Below, one piece after another: positions 51,325-64,000 of a stretch of 64,000 nucleotides of DNA. Each line of letters opens with the position of its first letter. The stretch's first letter is position 1. The notes under the pieces were generated by a model. That model saw only the letters and a list, made by a program, of their open reading frames with translations, had not been told where the DNA came from and did no database searches. Origin of the DNA: Camelus ferus (Eukaryota); contig NC_045707.1 of the NCBI RefSeq assembly GCF_009834535.1, positions 64,606,001-64,670,000 on the forward strand. The letters are read 5' to 3'. The translations under genes were made by a program, and so were the position numbers.

Positions 51325-51585
51325 TCCCCCTGGCTGTCCTCCATCTTCGTGTCAAACACGCCAATGAGACCTCGCTGAGCGTCATGTGGCAGAGCCCTGC
51401 AGCAGAATGGGAGAAATACATCACCTCGCTAGGCGACAGAGACCTCATATTTATCCACAAGTCGCTCCCCAAGGATGCCAAAGAATTCACTTTTACTAAC
51501 CTGGTGCCTGGGCGAAAATACATAGCTACAGTCACCAGCATTAGCGGAGACTTGAAAAATTCATCTTCAACAAAAGGAAGAACAG
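51325..51585 (+). CDS. PTPRB: PTPRB FN3 repeat 6
   Basis: ttctcAG acceptor; (V)PLAVLHLRV...VMWQSP...NLVPGRKYIATV...KGRT; 261 nt. Confidence 0.96.
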
Positions 51586-53205
51586 GTAATATTTTTTATA
51601 AACTTTAGGCTTTGAAAGTATCCTGTCTGCTGAATTGTCTAACATTCAACTTATAAATTCATTAAGTGCTTGTTGTATATTGGGTGTGTATATATATATA
51701 TATATAATCTGTGGGTTTTTTTTTTTTTTTTTTTGTATTTTCCATGTATTTGCTCTCTGGGCTATAGTCTGGATAATTTCCTCAGCTCTTAGTTTTCATT
51801 CATTAATTATTTCTTTACTTCTGTCTAATCTATTTTTAAATCCACTCATTGAGTTTTAAAATTGAATTGCTATGTTCTTGACTTTTAAACGTTTTCTTTG
51901 GTTCTCTTCCAAATCTGTTTTGGATTCTGTTACTTTTTAGTCAGATTTCCATTCTCCTCCTTTACTGCTATAAGGATATAATGATTTGTATTTTACATTC
52001 TATGTCTGATCACCGTAATATCTGAAGTCATCAGGAGTTTAGTCCTGTTGTTCGTTGAGTTTTCTGCCTTTTGCTCATGGTGCTTTACTTCCTTAAATGT
52101 TTGTGATGTTTTACTGTAAACTCCCATACCTTGGAATTCTTTGAGATATTTTTTGAAAGTGGGTTTCAGAAAGAATTTTCTTTTCATTTGATTCTTTCAG
52201 ATGCATAGGACTACTATCAACCCAGACCTATTTTAGTCTAAATCGTCAACTTGAGGTTTTTTTGACCACACAGGTTTTATGAATTTGGGCTGCAAACTCA
52301 CTGGAGCTGTCTTGAGGTTATGAATTCTCAGTGGAAATTTTTTCTTCTCTACCCAGTACTAAGGAAGCTGCAGTGATATGGGGGAGTAGAGAGGAAATAT
52401 TTATTTCACTTATACTTAGACTGTAACCTTTCAGGATCCAGTACTACATAGAGTCACCTATGATATTCCTCAGCCTGGAAAAGTCCAACTGGTAGACCCT
52501 GCAAAACTATAAAATCAAAGCTTAAATTTATGTTTGAAAGATGCCTTCACGATGAAAGTCAGCTTCAGTGATCCAGTGACCTATCACTTTCTTGTGGGTC
52601 TCTGAGAATTCCTTACATTCTTGACAACTCATTCATGCATTTACATTTTTATGTTTTATCCAACACGTGCAGTTGTGTTTACTGGAGGGATTTTCATGGT
52701 ATGTGCCAGCAATGAAAGTCCAAGGCATTGTTTTAGGCTTAAGACCACGTTCATTGCTCCCACCACTCATATTGCATTGTCATATGGTAAGTGTCTGTTT
52801 AACTTTGTAAGAAACTACTAAACTGTTTTCCAAAGGGGTTGTGAAATTTTACATTCCCACCGGCGATGTGTGAGATTTCCAGTCCCTCCATATTCTCAGC
52901 AGCTCTTGATATTTTCGGTTTGTTTGTTTTTAATTTTAGCCATTCTAATAAATGCGTAGAGGTATCTCATGTGATTTTAATTTGCCTTTTCTTAATGACT
53001 AATAGTTTCAAGCCTCTTTTCATATACTTAATTACCATCCATTTATCTTCTTTGAGGAAGAATGTATTTTCAAATACTTTGTCCTATTTTTAATAGGGTT
53101 GTTTGTTTCTTATCATTAAATTTTGAGAATTCTTTATTCCAGAATAAGTCCTTTGTCAGAAATGTGTGTTGAAATGTTAACTCCCAGTCTGTGGCTTGCC
53201 TTTTT

Positions 53206-56200
53206 AAAATGATTGAAGTCTAGTTGATTTACAATATTATGTTAGTTTCAGGTGTACAGCATTGTGATTCAGTATTTTTACAGAATATTTTTCCATTAAA
53301 AGTTACTATAAGATAATGGCTATAATTCCCTGTGCTGTACAATATGTCCCTGTTGCTTATCTATTTTATATGTAGTAGTTTGTATCTTTTAATCCCATAC
53401 CTCTAGTTTGCTCTTCCCCCATCCGCCCCACCCCCACTTTGGTAATCACTAGTTTGTTTTTATTCTCTCTGAGTCTGTTTCTGTTTTACTTACACATTCA
53501 CTTGTAGTTTTTGGATTCCACATATAAGTGATATCATACAGTATTTGTTTTCCTCTGTCTGACTTATTTCACTAAGCCTAACATTCTCTGGGTCCATCCA
53601 CATTGCTGCAAATGGCAGAATTTCATTCTTTTATGTGGCTTAACATTCCACTGTGTGACTATGCCACAACTTCTTTATCCATTTGTCTGTTGATGAGCAC
53701 TTGGGTTGCTTCCATGTCTTGGCTATTGTAAACAGTGCTGCCGTGAACATGGAGCCGCATGTATCTTTTCAAATGAGTGTTTTTGTTTTTTTCCAGGCAT
53801 AGAACCAGGAGTGGAATTGCTGGATCATATGGCAGTTTTGTTTTAAGTTTTTTGAGGAATCTCCATCCTGTTTTTCATAGTGGCTGCACCAATTTATGTT
53901 CCCACTAGCAGTAAATAAAGGTTCTCTTTTCTTCACATCCTCTCCAACATTTGTTATTTGTAGGTTTTTTGACGATAGCCTTTCTGACAGGTGTGAGGTG
54001 AGATCTCGTTGTGGTTTTGATTTGCATTTCCCTGATGGTTAGTGATATTGAGCATCTTTTCATGTGCCCATTAGCCACCTGAATGTCTTCTTTGGGAAAA
54101 TGTCTATTCCGGTCTCCTGCCCATTTTTTGTGATAGAGTGGTTTGTTTTTTTGATACTGAGCTGTATGGACTGTTTATATATTTTGAATATTTCCTCCTT
54201 GTCAGTCGTATCGTTGGCAAATATTTTCTCCCATTCTGTAGTTTGTCTTAAAGTTTTGTCAGTGATTTCCTTTGCTGTGCACAAGCTTTAAAGTTTAATA
54301 AGGTCTCATTTGTTTGTTTTTGCTTTTATTTCTTTTGCATTAGGAGACAAATCCAAAAATTAATTGCTATGATTTATGTCGAAGAGTGTTCTGCCTATAT
54401 TCTCTTCTAGGAGTTCTATGATATCCAGTCTTACACTTAGGTCTGTAATAAATTTTGATTTTATTTTTTTTTTATTCGGTATGAGGAACTGTTCTAATCT
54501 CATTGTTGTACATGTAGCTTTCCAGTTTTTCCAGTACCAGGTTGACGAGACTGTCCTTTCTCCATTATATATAGTCTTACCTCTTTTGTTGTAGATTAAT
54601 TGACCATGGGTGTGTGGGTTTATTTCTGGGCTTTGTGTTCTGCTCTGCTAATCTATGTGTCTGTTTTTGTGCCAATATCATGCTATTTTGATTACTGTAG
54701 TTTTGTAGTATAATCTGAAGTCTGGAGCATGATACATCCAGCTTTGTTCTTTTTTCTCAAGATTGCTTTGACAATTTGGGGTCTTTTGTAATTCCATTTG
54801 AATTTTAGGATTATGTGTTCTAGTTCTGTGAAAAATATCTTGGATATTTTGATAGGGGCTGCATTAAATCTCTAGATTACTTTGGATAATATGGCCATTT
54901 TAATGATATAAATTCTCCCAATTCAACAGCATGGGGTATCTTTCCATTTCTTTGTATCATCTTTCAGTTTCCTTCATCAGTGTATTATAGTTTTCAGAGT
55001 ACAGGTCTTTCATCTCTTTGGTTAAGTTTGTTTTTAGGTATTTTATTCTTTTTGATGTGACTTTAAGCAGAATTGTTTTTTCTAATAGTTCATTATAAGT
55101 CTATAGAAAAGCAACAGATTTCTGTATATTAATCCTATATCCTGCAACTTTGCTGAATACATTTATTCTAATAGTTTTAGGGTGGAGACTTTAGGGGTTT
55201 TTGTGTAAAATATCATGTCATCTGCAAATAGTAACAGTTTCACTTCTTTCCACTCAATTTGAATGCCTTCTGTTTCTTTTTCTTGTCTGATGGCTATGCT
55301 TAGGACTTCCAATACTATGTTAAATAGAAGTGGTGAGAGTTGTCATCTTTATCTTGTTCCTGAATTTAGAGAAAAGACTTTCAGCTTTTCACCACTGAAT
55401 ATGATACTTGCTGTGGATTTGTCATATATGACCTTTATTATGCTGAGATATGTTCCCTCTATATTAACTTTGATGAGTTTTTATCATGAATGGATGTTGT
55501 CAGATGCTTTTTCTGCATCCAATTGAGATGATCATGTGCTTTGTATCCTTCCTTTTGTTAATGTGGTGTATCACAGTGATTGATGTGCGAATGTTGAACC
55601 ATCCTTCTGTCCCTGGAATAAATTCAGCTTGATCATAGTTTATGATCCTTTTTATGTATTGTTGGGTTCAGGTTGCTAATATTTTGTTGAGGATTTTTGC
55701 ATCTATAATCATCAAAGATACTGGACTATAATTTCTAACTTTGTAGTGTCTTTATCTAGTTTTGGTATTAGGGTAACCGTAGCCTCAAAGAATGAATTTA
55801 GGAGTGTTCTGTCCTCTTCAGTTTTTTTGGAAAAGCTTGAGAAGGATGGGTATCAGCTCTTCTTTATATGTTTAGTAGAATTCCCCTGTCAAGCCGTCTG
55901 GTCCTAGACTTTGGTTTTCTGGGAGTTTTTTTTTTTTTTTTTATTATTATAAATTCAATTTCACTACTAGAGAACAATGTGTTCAAATTGTCTGTTTCTT
56001 TTTGATTCAGTCTTGGTGGGTTGTATGTTTCTAGAAATTTATCCATTTCTTCTAGGTTTTCCAGTTTGTTGTTATGTAACTCTTCCTAGTATTCTCTTAT
56101 TGTTTTTTGTATCTCTGTATCTTCTCTTTCTTTTTCCATTTTGCTTATTTGGGTCCTTTCTCTTCTTCTTGGTGAGCCTGGCTAAAAATTTATCTTTCTG

Positions 56201-59200
56201 TTAACTTTTCAAAAAACCAGCTCTTGGTTTTATTGCTCTTTTCTATTTTTTTTAATCTCTATTTTATTTCCTCTCTGATCTTTATGATTTCCTTCCTTCT
56301 GCTGACTTGGGGCTTTGTTTGTTCTTCTTTTTCTAACTTCTTTAGGTGGTAGTTTAGGCTGTTTATTTGAGACCTTTTTTGTTTATTGAGGAAGGCCTGT
56401 ATCACTGTGAACTTCCTTCTTTGAACTTCTTTTGCTGATCTTATAGATTTTGGAAGATTGTGTTTCCACTTCCATTTGTCTCAAGATATTTTCTGATTTC
56501 CTCTTTGATTTCTTCATTGGCCCATTGGTTTCTTTTTTTTTTTTTTTCTTTTCTTTTCTTTTTTTATATAAACATTTTTTATTGAGTTATAGTCATTTTG
56601 CAATGTTGTGTCAAATTCCAGTGTAGAGCACAATTTTTCAGTTATACATGAACATACATACATTCATTGTCACATTCTCTTTCTCTGTGAGCTACCACAA
56701 GATCCTGTATATATTTCCCTGCGCTACACAGTACAGTCTTGTTTATCTGTTCTACATTTTGAAATCCCAGTCCCTTCCCAACCCTTGTCCCCCGGCAATC
56801 ACAAGTTTGTATTCTATGTCTATGAGTCTGTTTGTGTTTTGTTTTGTTTTTTGTCTTTGGTTTTGTTTGTTTGTTTTAGATTCTGCATATGAGCGATCTC
56901 ATATGGTATTTTTGTATCTCCTTCTGGCTTACTTCACTTAGAATGACATTCTCCAGGAGCATCCATGTTCCTGCAAATGGCGTTATGTTGTCAGTTTTTA
57001 TGGCTGAATAGTATTCCATTGTATAAATATACCACATCTTCTTTATCCAGTCATCCATTGATGGACATTTAGGCTGTTTCCATGTCTTGGCTATTGTAAA
57101 TAGTGCTGCTATGAACATTGGGGTGCAGGTGTCATTTTGAAGTAGGGTTCCTTCTGGATATATGCCCACGAGTGGGATTCCTGGGTCATATGATAAGTCT
57201 ATGCAGCATGTAAATTAGTGAAGCTAGAACACTCCCTTACACCATACACAAAAATAAACTCAAAATGGATCAAAGACTGAAACATAAGACAAGATACAAT
57301 AAACCTCCTAGAAGAAAATATAGGCAAGACATTATCTGACATACATCTCAAAAATGTTCTCCTAGAACAGTCTACCCATTCTAGAAATAAAAGCAAGAAT
57401 AGAAATAAAAGCAAGAATAAACAAATGGGACCTAATGAAACTTACAAGCTTCTGCACAGCAAAGGAAACCGTAAGTAAAACAAAACGACAACCTACGGAG
57501 TAGGAGAAAATTTTTGCAAATGAAACCGACAAAGGCTTGATCTCCAGAATATATAAGCAGCTCATACGACTTAATAAGAAGAAAACAAACAACCGAATCC
57601 AAAAATGGGCAGACTTAAACAAGCAATTCTCAAAGGAAGAAATGCAAATGATCAATAGGCACATGAAAAAATGCTCAGTATCACTAATTATCAGAGAAAT
57701 GCAAATCAAAACTACGATGAGGTATCACCTCACACCTGACAGCATAACCATCATTGAAAAGTCCACAAATGACAACTGCTGGAGAGGCTGTGGAGAAAAG
57801 CGAACCCTCCTTCACTGCTGGTGGGAATGCAGTTTGGTGCAGCCACTGTGGAAAACAGTCTGGAGATGGCCCATTGGTTTCTTAGTAACATGTTGTTTAG
57901 TCTCAATGTGTTTGTTCTTTTCCCATTTTTCTTTCTGTAATTGATTTCTAGTTTCATACCATTGTGGTCAGAAAAAATGCTTGGTATCATTTCTATCCTC
58001 TTAAATTTGTTGAAAATTGTTTTGTGGCCTAGCATGTGATCTCCCCTGGAGAATGTTCCATGTGCACCTGAAAAGAATGTGTATTCTGCTGTTTTGGGGT
58101 ATAATGTCATAAAGATATATATTAAGTCCACTGGTCTATTGTGTCATTTAAGATCACTATTGCCCTATTGATTTTCTGTCTGGATGATCTTTCCATTGAT
58201 GTAAATAGGATGTCAAAATCCCCTAGTAATGTATTACTGTCAGTCTCTCCCTTTACATCTGTTAGTATTTGCTTTATATATTTAGGTGCTCCTGTATGGG
58301 TGCATATCTTGGGTTAAGAAGTCTAATGTCTTCTTGTACTGGTTCTTTTATCATTAAATAATGCCCTTCTTTGTCTCTTGTTAATAACCTTTTTTAAAGT
58401 CAGTTTTGTCTGATATGAGTAATGTTACCTCTGCTTTCTTGTCATTTCCATTTGCATGACATAACTTTTTCCAACCTCTCATTTTCAGTCTGTGTGTTTC
58501 TTTAGCCCTGAAGTGAGTCTCTTGTAGACAGCATACTGAAGGGTCTTGTTTTTTTTATCCAATCAGCCACCCTATGTCTTTTTATTAAAGCATTTAGTCC
58601 ATTGACATTTAAACTAATTATTGGTGCATATATACTTATTGCCCTTTTTATTACTTGTTTTCTGGTTGTTTTTGTAGTTCTTCTGTGTTCATTTCTTTTT
58701 TGTTTTTGTTTCTTCCCTTGTGGTTTTATGTTTTTCTTTAGTAGTATGCTTGTGTTCCTTTCTTTTTACTTTTTGTTTATCTATTGTAGGTTTTTGATTT
58801 GTGGTTATCATGAGGTTCATATATACTGATCTATAATTATATCTGCTTGTTTTAAACTAGTAGTTATTTCAGTTCAGATTCTAAAAGACCTACATTTTCT
58901 ACTCCTCTCCCCAACATTTTGTGGTTTTGATGCCATATTTTACATCTTCACGCTTATCCCTTAACTGTTTAGTGTAGTTCTAGTTGCCTTTACAATTTTT
59001 TGTCTTTTAATCTACATACTCTCTATTTAAGTGCTTGATCCTCCATCCTTATTATATATTTGCCTTTTCTAGTGGGATTTTCCCTCTCCTATAGATTCTT
59101 ACTTCTTTTCCATTTAGAGAAGACCCTTCAATATTTCTTTTAGAGTAGGCTTAGTATTGGTGAACTCTTAGTTTTTGCATGTCTAAAAAGTTCTTTATCT

Positions 59201-61273
59201 CTCCTATTCTAAATGATAACCTTGCTGGGTAGAGTATCCTAGGTTGCAGGTTTTTCCCTGTCAGCACTTGGAATATATCATGCCACTCCCTTCTGGACTG
59301 CAAAGTTTCTGTAGAGAAATCAGCTGATAGCCTTATGGGGATTCCCTTACGTATGACTGTTTTGTTTTTCTCTTGCTGCTTTTAGAATTCTCTCTTTAAC
59401 TTTTGCCATGTTAATTATGACCTGTCTTGGTATGGGTCTATTTGGGTTCATCTTTTTTGGGACCCTCTGTGCTTCCTGAATCTGTGTATCTGTTTCCTTC
59501 TTCAGGTTTGGGAATTTTTCAGCCATAATTTCATCAAGTACATTTTCAAACCTCTTCTCTCTCTCTTCTTCTTCTTGATGCAAATGTTGGTACACTTGAT
59601 GTTATCCCAGAGATCTCTTAAATTGCTTTCATTTTTTAAAATTTGTTTTTCTTTCTGCTGTTCTGATTGGATCTATCTTCCAGATCACTTATGCATCCTT
59701 CTGTACCACTTAGTCTGCTATTCATTCCTTCTAGTGTGTTTTTAATTTCAGCTATTGAATTACTCATTTCTGATTGGATCTTTTTTATATTTTCTAGTTC
59801 CTTGTTAAAATGTTCACTGTTCAGGTAACTTTTTTTTCTCTAATTCAGTTAACATTTTTATTACCTATGTTTTGAATTCCTTATCTGGTAAATTGTTTAC
59901 TTCTGTTTCACTATTTTTTCAGGGGTGTTCTCTTGCTCGTTCAATTAAGACCAGTTCCTCTGCTTTTTCATTTTGCTTAAATTTCTCTGCCTCTACGAAT
60001 CTAGGTGAAACAGTTACCTATTGTGGTCTTGAAGGAGCGTTCTTATGCGGAAACATCCCTACACAGACTTCATGTGCCCACTGCCTTTGGTGGGAGAGCT
60101 GGATTTGGCATGGATGCAAGTCATGTCTTTCCTCAGAGTGTTGTTTTCAGGGTGATAGCTGGTAGCTATCACGTTGGTTGGGGGCTACTGGAGATGGAAG
60201 GGCTAGACCTGGTGCCAGGTATGAGGTGGGACTTCCCCTCTATTCAGTGGCCATCATTGCCCTGTCAGGGGTGGGGTGTGATCCCAAACTGCTGGAACAA
60301 AGTGTGTGTTCCCTCTCCCAGTACCAGGACCTTTGCCCCAGAGGAGAGGAGTGCCCAAGCACATAGTGCCTGTGTGCAGACAGAGGTCCAGTGCGCTGCC
60401 TGTGTAGGTACCCATGGCTCTGCTCAGATGCAGGCTGTGGTGCAAGTCCCCTTTGTTTCTCTAATCTGATCACTGCTCCCTACATCCCCTGCCTGCACCC
60501 CATTGTTGAACTGCTCCACAGGGCAGGTGGAACCCGTGTGGACTCTTTGTGTATCAGGAGGTTAGCTGTGGTGCAGTGGCCACCATCAGAGATCTGATTG
60601 GCCTGAGGCTCCCACTGAGTAAGTGCCAACAATGGTTGCTGCCACCCCACCCAGCCTCCACCCCAGGCGGAGCTCCTCCAGGTCACCCACAGTTAAGTAC
60701 TTTCCCCAGTCGTGGCTGCCCCAGATCCAGTGCCACAATGTGGTGTGGAGTGAGCAGGGCCAGAATGTTTCCTTAGCTTGGGCTGGTGTGTGTGGTTTGG
60801 GGGTTGTGGGACACCTGGCAGCCACTAGAGCAGCCCTCTCTCTGCCCTGCCTCCCTCAGGGCCTAGTCAGCACCTATGTGCTCTTCATGAGTGGAGTCCA
60901 GGCTTCCCCAGCCCTTTGGTTTGTCCCAGCAGTCCTCCAACCAGCCAGGGGGCCTTGTTTCCTCATGTAGGACCCCAGGACTGAGATGCTCAGTCCATGG
61001 GTCAACCTGCTCACTCCCCAGGGTGGGTTCCACCCATGGAATCTCCCTTTTCCTCTGAGTCTCCTCCCAGTGGCACAGGTCCTGACCCAATCACCTTTCT
61101 TCCCCTTTTTCCCATTGTGTATCTTTCTTACAGCCTTGGTTGTACGGGAATCTTTCTGCCAGTTTCCAGTTAGTTTTCAGTGAGAATTACTCCACATGTA
61201 GATGTGTTTTTGATGTGTTTGTGGAGGGAGGTGAGTTCCATGTCCTCTTACTCTGCTATCTTGATCTCCTCCT
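53206..61273 (-). mobile_element. Near full-length, decayed L1 (5' UTR, ORF1, ORF2, 3' UTR), antisense to PTPRB
   Basis: ORF1 remnant 59347-59595 (EIMAEKFPNL..QIQEAQRVP..ILKAAREK); endonuclease remnant ~57890-58131 ([24 protein letters not shown]); ORF2 pieces ([17 protein letters not shown]); GC-richer 5' UTR ~60000-61273; fragmented frames. Confidence 0.92.
56535..57866 (-). mobile_element. Younger L1 with a 5' inversion, nested in the long L1
   Basis: Poly-T then minus-strand L1 3' end to ~57202; plus-strand ORF2 segment 57203-57866; 17-bp TSD TGGCCCATTGGTTTCTT at 56518-56534 and 57867-57883. Confidence 0.93.
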
Positions 61274-62857
61274 CTAGCTAGTCTTTTCATTAATTTATTA
61301 GTGTACCTTGCAGAACATAAATGTTTAATTTTGACATCCAGTTTATCTATTTTTTTCTTTCACGAATCATGCTTTCAGTGTCATATCTAACAAATCTTTG
61401 TCTAATGCAAGGTCACAAAGATTTTTCTCCTAGAATTTTCATAGGTTTAGCTTGTAAATTTAAGTGTATAATTGATTTTGAGTTAATTTTTATATATGTG
61501 TGAGATATGGGCAAGGTTTATTTCTTTGCACATGGGCATCAAATAATTCCAGCTCTTATTTGTTGAAAAGACTCTTGTTTCTCCACTGAATTGCCCTTGC
61601 ATTTCTGTTTTAAAAAATCAACTGTATATGTGTTGGTTTATTTCTGAGCCCTCAATTCTATTCCATTAATCTACATAGATACTTTTTTTTGCCAATATCA
61701 CACTGTCTTCATTACTCTAGCTTTCTAGAAGTCTTGAAATCAGATTATGTTAGTCCTCCAACTTTATTCTTCTTTTTCAAAATTCTTTTTGCATATTAAT
61801 TCCTTTGTTTTCCATATGAAATTAGAATTAGAATTGAATCTTCTGGTCCATGTACAGTAGTATATTTTAGTGAACATATTTGTATCTTAATCCAAAAGTC
61901 AATGATTTCTGAGAAGGGTTGTGCCAGGGTTCCAATCCCTTTGATTATCATAATTTCGGGAAGAGGCACAAAGAAGACGTTTGTTGATCAGGTGCCAACT
62001 TCAAGATCTGTGTAAAAGTTTTGCTAATGTACAGGTTAAAAAAATCACAGTAGTTGTTAATTAGGTAAAGGGCACAAGCTCACAGGTGAGACAGATCAGT
62101 CTTTGGACCCCAGGATGACTGTTTGTGAGCACTATTATATAGGCTAAGTTATTTACATTTTATGATCTTTGGTTTCCTCCTCAGTAAAGGGAATAATAAA
62201 ATCAACTTTACAGAGCTTTGAATGAGTATCCAATAATATAACCTCTATAAAGCATAGAGCCCATAATTGGCACATAGTAGGCAGTCAGTAGATGTTATTA
62301 CTACATTATTATTATTGTTGGTTATTATTACATAATAATATAATTTATAGTATTGTAGCATTTTCATGTAAAATAAGAATAGTCCTCTTGAGAATGTGCC
62401 AGTAAAGAATGACCAGTTTCCTAGACTACAACCTAATCAACAGGTTGAAGGGATGTCCCAGTACCACCCCATAACAGCCATCAGCTCCTGTAGATGTGGC
62501 TTTGAGCTCTCATGGGATAGGGACAGATAAAATCACATTAATTAAGCAGTCTTCAAAAATAGCCTCTTTTATTCAACCAACTTAAATCAAACCAACTTAA
62601 TAGGCATCCATCATCTTATCCTTGGATCTGAAATAATTTTGATTTCCTATATAAGCAGCTTTTTCAGGATGGTGAGTCTCTGTAGGGATCATTCTCCATA
62701 TGCCACAGGAAATACAGCTGAGAATCTATAGAAAAAAATACACATATATATATTTTAGGATTTTCAAGACTTTCTCCATTTTTTTCTCATTTTTATTATG
62801 CTTCCTGAGGGTGACTAAGTGTTATCTATTTTTTCTTCTCTGTTTACTCTGTTTTAG

Positions 62858-63124
62858 TGCCTGCCCAAGTGACTGGCTTGCATGTGGCCAACCAAGGAAC
62901 AACAAGCAGTCTATTTACTAACTGGACCCAGGCCTTGGGAGACGTAGAGTTCTACCAAGTCTTACTCATCCATGAAAACGTCGTCATCAAAAATGAAAGT
63001 GTCTCCAGTGAGACCAGCAGATACAGCTTCCACTCGCTCAAATCGGGCAGCCTCTACTCTGTGGTGGTAACGACAGTAAGCGGAGGAATCTCTTCGCGAC
63101 AAGTGGTGGTGGAGGGAAGGACAG
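62858..63124 (+). CDS. PTPRB: PTPRB FN3 repeat 7 (gene continues past the window)
   Basis: tgttttAG acceptor; (V)PAQVTGLHV...LFTNWTQ...SLKSGSLYSVVVTTVSG...EGRT; 267 nt, donor CAG|GTGAGA. Confidence 0.96.
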
Positions 63125-64000
63125 GTGAGAAGAGTGTCTGTGACCTACAGAGGTCTGAGCACATGGAACCTCCAGAGAATATCTTAGGATTTTAGAAACA
63201 TTCTAAAAACAGACCCATCTTTGACCTTCCTACAAGCCAAATTTCGGTACTACCCAGATAGTACACATTGCTCTCCCAGGAATGGAAGTTGGAGAGTGGA
63301 CGAGAGTAGGAGAAAATGAATTCTGAATTTTTTTAAATCTCCAATACATGTATCAGAACCCCTGGAAACACCTTTATGATGACACGATAGTCATTTAATG
63401 CGTAAGCTTATCCCTTCATCCAGCTGATTTTCTTTGAAATGTTTATATCAGATTAAAGTCATGAACTTTTTAAAAAAAAAAGTATCTTCCACTCTATTTC
63501 ATATTCTCAGTTTCAAGACACAGAAAAAAAAAATGATCTCCAACTTCTATGGTCAAAAGTTAATCAAAAAGTTAAGTCAGTCAAATTCCCAAACCACATA
63601 TATTTTCTCAAGCAGCGTTAAACAGTATTTAACCTAAACAAAGTTCCTTGACCTTAAAGAGCTCATAATCAAATAGGACAGAGAGCTAAGTAAACAAATA
63701 AATGTCATAGGGTCACATGTGTCAGACAAAGGTGTGGCCCCCAAGATGGAAATATAATTTTCTACAGAACACAAAGAAAGGACATATACAAACAATATAA
63801 AATATATATTCTAGTTTCTTAGAAAGAAAACCAGTTAAATAAATCCAATAGAAGTTTTGATAATTATTAATGAACTCAGAATCAGATCAGTGACTTTGCT
63901 TACTTAATTTTATATGATAAGTTGGCTGTCAGACTCCTCCTTCTGTATCTCCAGTGCTCAGATTCTGAGTATCAGTGGCAGATATCCATAGATACGTCCT

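Larger units (their letters stand above)
52780..61830 (-). mobile_element. Old L1M element, present as 52780-53204 and ~61276-61830, split by a younger L1
   Basis: Diverged antisense L1 ORF2 sequence that continues across the insertion (CTCCCAGTCTGTGGCTTGCCTTTT | ..GTCTTTTCATT..TTTAATTTTGA). Confidence 0.65.

Noticed and set aside
59872..61183. Cluster of 60-150 aa ORFs
   Set aside because: They lie in the GC-richer L1 5' UTR and show no coding signature
53206..61273. Active L1 or independent RT/endonuclease gene
   Set aside because: ORF1 and ORF2 are broken into short fragments and interrupted by a nested insertion

Overview
Mammalian genomic DNA, most likely camelid (two tRNA-derived SINEs of the camelid Vic-1 type and cetartiodactyl-type L1). 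The window starts with the last coding exon and 3' UTR of PTPRR (+ strand). About 0.7 kb after the PTPRR poly(A) signal lies the 5' part of PTPRB (VE-PTP, + strand). Three exons encode the long-isoform N-terminus: signal peptide, ricin-B/beta-trefoil-like domain and a Ser/Thr-rich linker. A CpG-island exon encodes the short-isoform signal peptide, and seven fibronectin type III exons follow; the gene continues beyond the window. All exons have GT-AG boundaries and join in frame. The introns hold MIR, L2, MER, MaLR and L1 repeats and microsatellites, including a near full-length antisense L1 with a nested 5'-inverted L1. I see no wholly new gene system. The best leads are: a candidate third, TATA/Inr-type PTPRB promoter with a non-coding first exon (~27.3-27.55 kb); a GGC-repeat poly-Gly uORF in the CpG island; a cassette-exon-like segment in the antisense L1 5' end; and several retrotransposition signatures. 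Gene and repeat family names come from recognition, not from database searches.
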